Assembly: GCA_038256675.1 (NCBI GenBank)
Contig: JBBSKC010000001.1
Span: forward strand, 14,652 to 78,651
Reading direction: 5' to 3'
From: Solirubrobacterales bacterium
GTDB taxonomy: Bacteria > Actinomycetota > Thermoleophilia > Solirubrobacterales > 70-9
DNA: 64,000 nt
The translations under genes were made by a program, and so were the position numbers. The notes below the pieces were generated by a model. That model made no database searches. It had not been told where the DNA came from and saw only the letters and a program-made list of their open reading frames with translations. Each line of letters opens with the position of its first letter. Position 1 is the first letter of the stretch. This document shows positions 17,999 to 25,087 of this stretch, piece after piece.

Positions 17999-19291
17999 TT
18001 GTCAGGCGTGAATCCACTTCTTGCCTACCAACGCCGGATTGTCGACGATGAACTCGACGAACTGATCCGTGAACTCCCAGCCCTGGCGATCGAAGGGCCC
18101 AAAGGCGTAGGAAAGACCCGCACCGCCCTGGAACGGGCACGAACAGTCCACCGTCTCGACGATCCTGCGGAACTTGATGTCGCCAAAGCGGATCCCGCCC
18201 GGCTTCTCGAGGGAGAGCGTCCGGTGATGTTCGATGAATGGCAACGGTTGCCGCAAGTCTGGGACTTGGTACGGAGAGCTGTGGACGACGGCGCGGAAGC
18301 AGGAAGTTTCCTGCTCACCGGGTCCGCATTGCCAGAGCCTCCTCCAACCCACTCCGGTGCTGGTCGTATTGTGACAGTCAGAATGCGTCCGTTTGCGCTT
18401 AGCGAACGACTGGGAGCCGCCACTGTCAGCCTCGCTAGTTTCCTCACGGGGGAGCGCGCGCCTATTTCCGGGACGACAAGTTTCACACTCGCGGACTACT
18501 TGAAAGAAATCCTGGCTTCCGGCTTGCCCGGTGTGCGACCGTTGGCGGGCAAAGCCCACCGGGCGCAACTCGACGGATATTTGAGTCGGATCGTCGATCG
18601 CGACATACCCGACGACGCCGGCGTCACAATTCGAAACCCTGCCGCGCTGCGCCGTTGGATGACGGCATACGCCGCAGCCACTTCAACCACGACAACTTTT
18701 GAAAAGCTTCGCGATGCGTCGGCTGCCGGTCATGACCACAAGCCATCCAAATCGGCAACGCAGGCGTACCGGGACGGATTGAAGCGGGTTTGGGTACTAG
18801 ACGAGGTCCCCGCTTGGACTCCGAGTAGTAACCGACTCAGAGAGTTGGGGCAAGCTCCCAAACATCAGTTGGCCGACCCGGCCTTCGCTGCGCGTTTGCT
18901 CGGCGCCCAGGCAGAAACACTTCTGGCCGGTGGAAGCGCCGGTCCGACTATTCACCGTGGTGGCACGTTGCTCGGGGCCCTGTTCGAGAGTCTGGCCACG
19001 CTCTCCTTGCGTGTCTACGCGACCGCCGCTGAAACGAAAGTTGGCCACCTCCGGACGGCTCGTGGGCGCCAAGAAATTGATCTGATCGTCGAGCGGGCAG
19101 ACGGCGGTGTGGTTGCCATCGAAATCAAGCTCGCGAAAAGCGCCGAGGAAGTCGACGTCAAGCACCTGAACTGGCTTGATCGACGGCTGGGAGATCGGCT
19201 GCTCGACCGGCTGGTGGTGACCACCGGGCCGGAGGCCTATCGGAGGCAGGACGGGGTCGCCGTGGTTCCCCTTGCTCTCCTTGGTCCTTGA
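17999..19291 (+). CDS. AAA-type ATPase with DUF4143 C-terminal domain
   Basis: 430 aa. Walker A IEGPKGVGKTRTA, Walker B-like VMFDEWQ, C-terminal EIDLIVE...VVAIEIK (restriction-endonuclease-like DUF4143 pattern). Confidence 0.75.
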   Translation: MSGVNPLLAYQRRIVDDELDELIRELPALAIEGPKGVGKTRTALERARTVHRLDDPAELDVAKADPARLLEGERPVMFDEWQRLPQVWDLVRRAVDDGAEAGSFLLTGSALPEPPPTHSGAGRIVTVRMRPFALSERLGAATVSLASFLTGERAPISGTTSFTLADYLKEILASGLPGVRPLAGKAHRAQLDGYLSRIVDRDIPDDAGVTIRNPAALRRWMTAYAAATSTTTTFEKLRDASAAGHDHKPSKSATQAYRDGLKRVWVLDEVPAWTPSSNRLRELGQAPKHQLADPAFAARLLGAQAETLLAGGSAGPTIHRGGTLLGALFESLATLSLRVYATAAETKVGHLRTARGRQEIDLIVERADGGVVAIEIKLAKSAEEVDVKHLNWLDRRLGDRLLDRLVVTTGPEAYRRQDGVAVVPLALLGP

Positions 19292-19376
19292 TCAGAGGAG
19301 AACGACAGAGCCGCCCCTCGACATCACGCACATAGACGCTGACCAGCCGAACACGCTACGAGTATTGCTGCAAAAG

Positions 19377-19406
19377 AAAGGGCCCCGGCTTTCGCCGGGA
19401 CCCTTT
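19377..19406. terminator. GC-rich hairpin between convergent genes, with a T-run on the minus strand
   Basis: aaagggccccggc-tttc-gccgggacccttt, 12 of 13 stem pairs. The minus-strand reading is followed by CTTTTGC. Confidence 0.6.
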
Positions 19407-19456
19407 CGGAGTAGCAGCTCCCTGGAACTTCTCTGCTACTTCTTCCTCCGCTTCTA

Positions 19457-20692
19457 CTACGCGGACTTGACCTTGAGTACCTTCTTGGCGGACTTGCCGG
19501 CCGACTTGGCCGTAATCTTGGCCTTGCCCTTGGCCTTCTTGGCTGCCTTGGCAGCGATCGTCCTCACCGTGGTCTTGCCGGGGAGGATGGTCACTTTGAG
19601 CTTCTTCGGCAACTTGACCTTCTTGTTGCTCGACTTCAGGAAGACCGTGGTGACGCCGCCGGTCTCACCGGAGTTGGTCACCTTGATCTTGAGCTTGACC
19701 TGCTTGCCGGCCTTGACCTTGCCGGGTCCGGAGATCGCGACCTTGCTGACCTTGAACGGAGTCGGCTCCGGAGGCGGGATGACGATCGGCACACAGTTCG
19801 GGAAGGTGCCCGTGGTGCCTTCTTCACACTGCGGGGGCGGAATCAGCTTGCAGTCCTCGGTCGGCGTACCGGGCGTTCCGGTGGTACCGGCCGGGCACGG
19901 CTTCGGAGCCGGCTTAGCGTCCGTAGCAGCGGGCAGGTCGGTTATCTCGGCCGAGCTGTTGGCCAGGAAGAGGCCGCCGACCGGCTCAAGCAGACCACCG
20001 ATCAGGGGGCAGAGACTGGCGTTTTCGGTGACCAGCGACTTGACCTTGGGCTTGGTGTTCCAGTAGCCACTGATCGCCCCTTCGGCCGGAGCGGCCGAGG
20101 TGGTGGTGCCGAACAGAGTGCCCGGGGCCGGCCAATTGATCGCGTTGGTCGACATGGCGACGTTCAGCGGAGCAACCTGACACTTCAATTTACCCTCACC
20201 GCTGATCGGCAGACCTTCGATGTCCTCGAGGTGGTCAGTGCCGAGGGTCAGCGAGATCTTCGCGTCGAGGCTCATTGCCCCGGTGGCGTCATCGTAGGTG
20301 CCGTGGGCGTCATCGGTCAGACCGATCTCGGCCTCGATCGCCGCCGGTCCGATACTCACGGCCAGCTTGGGAAAGTCGAAGCCGGTGGCCTTCGGCAGCG
20401 TGAAGTTGCCGAGGGCGTCGGAGTAGACGCCGTTCATCTTGAGCGGCGGAAGGAAAGCGCCCGGCGCCCCGGCCGGATCCGGAGTGGTCGGAGTCAGAAC
20501 CAGCTGGTTGAGCTCGTTGCCCAGAGCAGTGACGTTGATTCCGACGTAGTTAAAGTCGGTTTGGATCGGGCCACCCGGGGTCGATGCCGCCTGGGCACCG
20601 GTCGCTCCGAACGCGAAGATCGCGAGCAACGCTCCGACGGCCGCCTTGAGCTTGGTTGAAACACGGCGCTGACGGCCGTTCGTCTCCCTCAT
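19457..20692 (-). CDS. Secreted protein with Cys/Pro/Thr-rich linker, Ig-like (CARDB-like) module and lysine-rich C-terminal tail
   Basis: 411 aa. Signal peptide AAVGALLAIFAFGATGAQAAS. SD GGGAGA lies 7 nt upstream of the ATG. Tail KAAKKAKGKAKITAKSAGKSAKKVLKVKSA. Confidence 0.7.
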   Translation of the reverse strand: MRETNGRQRRVSTKLKAAVGALLAIFAFGATGAQAASTPGGPIQTDFNYVGINVTALGNELNQLVLTPTTPDPAGAPGAFLPPLKMNGVYSDALGNFTLPKATGFDFPKLAVSIGPAAIEAEIGLTDDAHGTYDDATGAMSLDAKISLTLGTDHLEDIEGLPISGEGKLKCQVAPLNVAMSTNAINWPAPGTLFGTTTSAAPAEGAISGYWNTKPKVKSLVTENASLCPLIGGLLEPVGGLFLANSSAEITDLPAATDAKPAPKPCPAGTTGTPGTPTEDCKLIPPPQCEEGTTGTFPNCVPIVIPPPEPTPFKVSKVAISGPGKVKAGKQVKLKIKVTNSGETGGVTTVFLKSSNKKVKLPKKLKVTILPGKTTVRTIAAKAAKKAKGKAKITAKSAGKSAKKVLKVKSA

Positions 20693-20927
20693 TTGTGTAT
20701 CTCCCTAAGTCGTGGCCCCTACGGCCAAGTTTGTTCCCTGTACGGACACGCGGACTCCCAGTGACGGGGATCACACAAGTCCTGATGGCACCAGCATACA
20801 GAACCGGCCCCGATCCCGCAAACACTTGTTTCATGAGGGAGCTGCGACTACTGCCTCCGCCGTGAGGCAACTCGAATCGGCTCAATCTATACTTCGCCCC
20901 CGGCTGCCGCGAAGAGCGGCGCCGCAT

Positions 20928-21000
20928 GGGCCGTTAGCTCAGTTGGTAGAGCAGGAGACTCTTAATCTCAAGGTCGAAGGTTCGAATCCTTCACGGCCCA
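20928..21000 (+). tRNA. tRNA-Lys (CTT)
   Basis: Hand-folded: acceptor GGGCCGT/ACGGCCC, anticodon loop CTCTTAA, T arm GAAGG-TTCGAAT-CCTTC. Confidence 0.95.
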
Positions 21001-21047
21001 TTGATTTGGCTGACTGCGACTTCGCTTACGGCGCGAGGCGTAGCCCT

Positions 21048-21082
21048 GACCGCTACCGGCAGCGTCCTGCGCGGTAGCGGTC
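21048..21082. terminator. Strong hairpin between tRNA-Lys and the convergent secreted-protein gene
   Basis: gaccgctaccg...cggtagcggtc is an 11-bp perfect inverted repeat, extended by gcag/ctgc. No obvious U-tract. Confidence 0.5.
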
Positions 21083-21097
21083 GAGCGGACCCCAGGA

Positions 21098-22021
21098 TCA
21101 GGCTTCGCAGCTGCGCCGCGTATCGAAACCGAATCCGCCGAAGCAGCGGTCGAAACCGAATCCGCCAAGCAGTCGGTCGTCGCCGCGGTTGCCCTTGAGC
21201 ACGTCGTTGCCGCGGTTGCCCTTGAGCAAGTCGTTGCCCAGGTTGCCCTTGAGCACGTCGTTTCCGCCGTTGCCCTTCAGCAGGTCAGCTCCGCCGCGGC
21301 CGATAAGCCGGTCCGCTCCCGGACCACCGAGCACGAGGTCATTTCCGCGGCCGGAAATGACGCGATCATTGCCCTTGCCGGCACAGATCAAATCCCGGCC
21401 ACCGAACGTCTTGATCAAATCCCGGCCACCGTACGCAGCGACGACATCCCGTCCCCTGGTACCGACGATCTGGTCGTTACCGGCCGATCCGATAATGGTC
21501 GCCTTTACGCCGGCGCAGGTAGGCCGCTTGGCCGGAGTCGGAACGCTGGTGTTCGCCGTCGATTTGTCGTTGGCGGTCACCGGGTCTTTCTGGTCCGAGT
21601 TGACGCTGGCGGTATTGCTGATCGTTCCCGGCTTGCGAACGATCACCACGATCGTCGCGGTAACGGTCGTGCCGACCGGAATCGAAGCGATTGTGCAGCT
21701 GACTTTCTGGCCCTTGCGAGCGCAGGCGCCCGACGTGGCCGCCGCTGACACATAGTCGGTTTCCTTCGGCAGCTGGTCCGTCAGGGTCACCCCGGTCGCG
21801 GTCTCCGGGCCGAGATTCTCGACCTTGACCGTATAGGTGATTTTCGAACCGATGCTCGCCGTACTCGAGCTTGCGGTCTTAGTCACTTTCAGGTCGGTGG
21901 ATCCGCTTGGCGCAGCGGCGCTGGTGCCGGTGAAACCGATCAAGGTGATCGGGACCAGCAGGAACAGCCAGAAATGCCGCCAGGCAGCTCCGGATTGTGA
22001 TTTCAAAGTCCAAACTTTCAT
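21098..22021 (-). CDS. Secreted protein: DUF11 (conserved repeat) domain plus RTX-like calcium-binding nonapeptide repeats
   Basis: Start at MKVWTLKS (ATG at 22021, SD GAAGGGGA upstream) inside ORF 21098..22180. DLKVTKTAS...YTVKVENLGPETATGVTLTDQLP (DUF11). GNGGNDVLKGNLGNDLLKGNRGNDVLKGNRGDD. Confidence 0.75.
   Translation of the reverse strand: MKVWTLKSQSGAAWRHFWLFLLVPITLIGFTGTSAAAPSGSTDLKVTKTASSSTASIGSKITYTVKVENLGPETATGVTLTDQLPKETDYVSAAATSGACARKGQKVSCTIASIPVGTTVTATIVVIVRKPGTISNTASVNSDQKDPVTANDKSTANTSVPTPAKRPTCAGVKATIIGSAGNDQIVGTRGRDVVAAYGGRDLIKTFGGRDLICAGKGNDRVISGRGNDLVLGGPGADRLIGRGGADLLKGNGGNDVLKGNLGNDLLKGNRGNDVLKGNRGDDRLLGGFGFDRCFGGFGFDTRRSCEA
21188..21295. repeat. Four tandem 27-bp units encoding the RTX-like nonapeptides
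   Basis: gttgcccttgagcacgtcgttgccgcg and three close variants, head to tail. Confidence 0.85.
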
Positions 22022-22147
22022 GGAATTCCCCTTCAGTGGGGGGCTTTCGCCCGGTTGCGTGTCTGATAGCTGAACGCGGAACTGCCGCGGAAGTAAGGAG
22101 CTTCCGGCGGAATCGGTGTGAATAGGGACCCTGGGAAGTCGGGCACA

Positions 22148-22181
22148 GTTGCGGGTGCTCACTTCAGCGAACACCCGCAAC
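22148..22181 (-). terminator. Hairpin downstream of the small secreted-protein gene
   Basis: gttgcgggtg-(14 nt)-cacccgcaac, a 10-bp perfect stem, 18 nt after the stop at 22199. Confidence 0.5.
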
Positions 22182-22198
22182 CGGCCGGTAAATCGAAC

Positions 22199-22570
22199 CT
22201 ACGCGGTCTCCTCGGGCTCTGCGGTCTCACGCTTAACCTTCTGAGCCGCCACGACGCAGCGGCTGAAAGGCGTGCCCTTCTCACCCTTGACGTGTTTCTT
22301 GCTCAGCGCCTTGCAGGCGTCGCGGGGAGTTGCCTCCTCGTCGCCGGCGACCGTTTTCATCGCCCGGACACAGTTAGAAAAAGGCGTGCCCTTGACGCCC
22401 TTGACGTGCTTCTTGCTCTGGCCCTGACACAGTTTGCCGTACGCCTTGCCCTTGGACGCGTGACCAGCCTTGGGACCCTGCGAGTGACCCGCGTTCGGGG
22501 TCGCGAGCGCCGGGGAAGCCGTGAACGCGAGAGTTCCTGCGATCAATGCTGCGGTTGCGGTGCGTTTCAT
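22199..22570 (-). CDS. Small basic secreted protein with an internal two-Cys repeat
   Basis: 123 aa. Signal peptide MKRTATAALIAGTLAFTASPALA. Repeats LCQGQSKKHVKGVKGTPFSNCVRAMK and ACKALSKKHVKGEKGTPFSRCVVAAQK. Confidence 0.7.
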   Translation of the reverse strand: MKRTATAALIAGTLAFTASPALATPNAGHSQGPKAGHASKGKAYGKLCQGQSKKHVKGVKGTPFSNCVRAMKTVAGDEEATPRDACKALSKKHVKGEKGTPFSRCVVAAQKVKRETAEPEETA

Positions 22571-22578
22571 GTTTCCTC

Positions 22579-24093
22579 CTAGATTGGGTACCTGTAGGTC
22601 GGGGACCTCAACAGGTAAACGCGGAGGAAAGCCTGGGGTAAGGAACTACTTGGGAAGCTTCGCTTTGCCTGCCGGGGGACCGGCGTCGGCCGACGCCCCG
22701 GGAGAGTCAGGCCGACCCGTCGCAGTCGACTGACCCGGTGCGAGGCCCCCCTGGGCGTGAGCATCTGCCTGAGCTTGTCCCCCGGCCGAAGCCGGCGGCA
22801 ACTGCGTCGGTGGTCCGCCCGGCGAAGGGATGGCTCCTTTGTGCTGGGCGCCGCCGGTGCCGCCTGGGTTCCCTGACGCCTGCCCGGGCAGACCGGGATC
22901 GTCTGGGACGGAACCGGCACCCTCGGCTGGCTGCGAGTCTGCGCTACCCGTCCCTTTGGCGTGGGAGTTCGAATCACCGGGTCTGGCGGAACCGTCCTGT
23001 CTTTTTCGCCGCTCATGCTTCGGGGCGTCATCCGACTGTCGGCCGCCGTCGCCCCCGGGGGGAATGCCCCCACCGCAGGGGCTTCACCGATTAGACGCGA
23101 TGCCGGGACCGACTGCGCCGACGTCCCACTCGGAGACTTCTTCGGCTGACCAGCGTCCCTGGCACCGTCGACAAGACCCACGGTTCCGGCGCCCAATCCG
23201 GCGGTAATCGCAATCACGGCAGTCGCCTTCATCGCGCTGCCCCCGAGCACGGCATTGCCGCCGCTCATCCCGATCGAGGCGGCCAGGCCGCCGCCCCCGC
23301 CAGAGCCTCCGCCAAAAATCTGGGTGATCGTCACCACCAGCGCCGCGGGCAACGGGGGGACCAATGCCCGCAAGTCCGCTTGACGGGCGTTGATTCCGGT
23401 CCGGAAATCAGCACACGCTTCGCAAGTGCGCAGATGCGCCTTGATCCGACGGGCTCCGGAAACCCTCCCGTCGCGCTCAGACAACTTCGACCGCACCGTC
23501 TCACAATCCATGTCGCGCCCCTGAGCCTGCTCCTGGAGCGAGCAACGCGCCTCGTAGACGGCCTGCTTCGCCGCCCCCGGGGAAGCATCGATCGCCGCGC
23601 CGATCTCGTCGAAGCTCAGCCCATTCAGCTCCCGCATGACCAGGGCGCCACGCTGCTGCTCCGGCAGGTGTTCGAGGTCGGAGAGAAGCTGCCGGAGTCG
23701 CTCCCGGTTCGCGACCGTCGATTCGAGACTCTCGCCTCCTGCGAGATCGTGCTCGGCGATGTCCTCGGCGGGCCGCCTCGCCCGGATCAGGTTGATGCAT
23801 TCGTTGTGTGCGACCTGAAAGAGCCACGGCTTGAGTTTCAGTTCCCGGGTTTCGCCCGGCAGTGCCTTTAGCGCCTTCGCCATCGTGTTCTGAAGCGCAT
23901 CCCCCGCGTCCTCCATGTCGCCCGTCATTGACACACAAAATCCGTATAGGGCTTGACGGTGACGCCGAAATATTTCTGCGAATGCCCTGGAATCGCCGGA
24001 CACCACCCGCCGCGCAAGGGCCCGTTCGGTCAGCAGCCTCATCGGAGGATGGCTGGATCTGGTGACAGAGGGTTGGGGTTCCGCCTTCGGCAT
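22579..24093 (-). CDS. ECF sigma factor fused to a ZAS-type anti-sigma domain, membrane segment(s) and a Pro/Arg-rich tail
   Basis: 504 aa. Sigma region 2 (FRRHRQALYGFCVSMTG, WLFQVAHNECINLIR), region 4 (LPEQQRGALVMRELNGLSFDEIG), then H-x3-C-x2-C (HLRTCEAC, nt 23413-23436), hydrophobic/Gly-rich segments and a low-complexity tail. Alternative start at 24042 (MRLLTERAL). Confidence 0.8.
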   Translation of the reverse strand: MPKAEPQPSVTRSSHPPMRLLTERALARRVVSGDSRAFAEIFRRHRQALYGFCVSMTGDMEDAGDALQNTMAKALKALPGETRELKLKPWLFQVAHNECINLIRARRPAEDIAEHDLAGGESLESTVANRERLRQLLSDLEHLPEQQRGALVMRELNGLSFDEIGAAIDASPGAAKQAVYEARCSLQEQAQGRDMDCETVRSKLSERDGRVSGARRIKAHLRTCEACADFRTGINARQADLRALVPPLPAALVVTITQIFGGGSGGGGGLAASIGMSGGNAVLGGSAMKATAVIAITAGLGAGTVGLVDGARDAGQPKKSPSGTSAQSVPASRLIGEAPAVGAFPPGATAADSRMTPRSMSGEKDRTVPPDPVIRTPTPKGRVAQTRSQPRVPVPSQTIPVCPGRRQGTQAAPAAPSTKEPSLRRADHRRSCRRLRPGDKLRQMLTPRGASHRVSRLRRVGLTLPGRRPTPVPRQAKRSFPSSSLPQAFLRVYLLRSPTYRYPI

Positions 24094-24101
24094 TCATCTT
24101 C

Positions 24102-24129
24102 ATTATGGCAACGCGCCGACTGCCGACAA
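24102..24129 (-). promoter_or_regulatory. Candidate housekeeping-type promoter of the ECF fusion gene (possibly leaderless)
   Basis: Minus strand: TTGTCG-N16-CATAAT-gaagatga-ATG. Confidence 0.35.
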
Positions 24130-24242
24130 GTAAGGAGTTACTCCCGCCGTGATCCCCGCGCGCGCTGCGGTATCGCCGGTCACTACCAGGTAGAAACCTG
24201 AAAACGGTTGTTAAGTCAATCTCGGAAAGAGCCCCGTCTGAA

Positions 24243-25085
24243 TTACGGCGTGGTGGGCGGGGCGGTCAGCGGACTCTGGGTTCCGAGGCTTCCGGCCGGC
24301 TCCTCGAGGGACTTTCCGCCGTCCTTCTTGGCCTGCTTCTTGGCCTGGGCCAGGATCTTGCCGATCCGGGCTGCGTCCTTTTGAACCGAATCGAGCTGGC
24401 TCTGGATCTGCTGCTGCTCGGCTTTGTCGGGGGTCGCCGCGATCGCCCGCTTGAGAGTGGCTTTTGCCTCCGCAGTCTGCTGGGCGTAGAACTGGTAGGT
24501 CGCGAGGGTGGCCAGGGGGCCGGCGGCGCTCGGGCCATTCCGGTCGGCTTCGGCTGCGTCGGCGACGAACTTCTGGGCCCGGGCGGCGTCGGCGATGTTG
24601 GTCTCGAACTGGGCGACTGTCGAGTCCTGGGAAAGCGTGAAGAGAGTGTTGGCGATGACCTGGGCGACTGACTGATCCGGCTGGTTCTTCGTCGCCCTCA
24701 GGTATTTCTCCCAGCTCTGGGCGGCGAGGTCGTACTGGGTCGTGGCCTCGTCGGTGATCGTCTGGGCGCCCGTCTCCTGGTCGACTTCGATCAGGCTGTT
24801 GCCCGCCGCGATCCGGGCGCGGATCAGTTCTTCCTGGGCGCGGATGTTGTTCGGCTCGGTGGCGAGCCTCTCCTGAATGTTCTCGGCCCGCTCGATGTTG
24901 CTGTCGGCGATGTCCTGAGAGACCACTCCTCCACCGCTGCTGAACGGGTTTGCTCCGCCGGGGAGGCCGATCACGATGAGACTGGCGGCCATGATGACCG
25001 CAAGGAGGACGTAGATGACCTGAATCACACGCTTGCGCTTTCCGCGCAAGTCGAACAGCATTCTGTTTTCAGGTTCTTCCGCCAC
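24243..25085 (-). CDS. Membrane-anchored helical protein of unknown function, translationally coupled to tatC
   Basis: 280 aa. One N-terminal TM (VIQVIYVLLAVIMAASLIVIGL), then a long Ala/Gln/Glu-rich helical region. GTG start 2 nt after the tatC stop. Confidence 0.65.
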   Translation of the reverse strand: MAEEPENRMLFDLRGKRKRVIQVIYVLLAVIMAASLIVIGLPGGANPFSSGGGVVSQDIADSNIERAENIQERLATEPNNIRAQEELIRARIAAGNSLIEVDQETGAQTITDEATTQYDLAAQSWEKYLRATKNQPDQSVAQVIANTLFTLSQDSTVAQFETNIADAARAQKFVADAAEADRNGPSAAGPLATLATYQFYAQQTAEAKATLKRAIAATPDKAEQQQIQSQLDSVQKDAARIGKILAQAKKQAKKDGGKSLEEPAGSLGTQSPLTAPPTTP

Positions 25086-25087
25086 GG

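Noticed and set aside
19272-20066. A 264-aa Leu/Pro-rich plus-strand ORF that looks like a membrane protein
   Set aside because: It is the mirror image of the Lys-rich secreted-protein gene, because AAG codons read as CTT on the other strand. The minus-strand gene has the signal peptide, SD and terminator.
16761-21000. A classical integrative genomic island or prophage bounded by tRNA-Phe and tRNA-Lys
   Set aside because: No integrase, recombinase, phage or conjugation genes are present, and I could not find a direct repeat of either tRNA 3' end. Only gene relics and one ATPase lie there, so I report it as a decay/rearrangement hotspot.
22083-22140. An ECF-type promoter upstream of the RTX/DUF11 gene (GGAAG-N18-GTTC)
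   Set aside because: The -35 deviates from GGAAC and the spacer is too long. The stretch is better explained as an imperfect hairpin (ccgcggaag...cttccggcgg).
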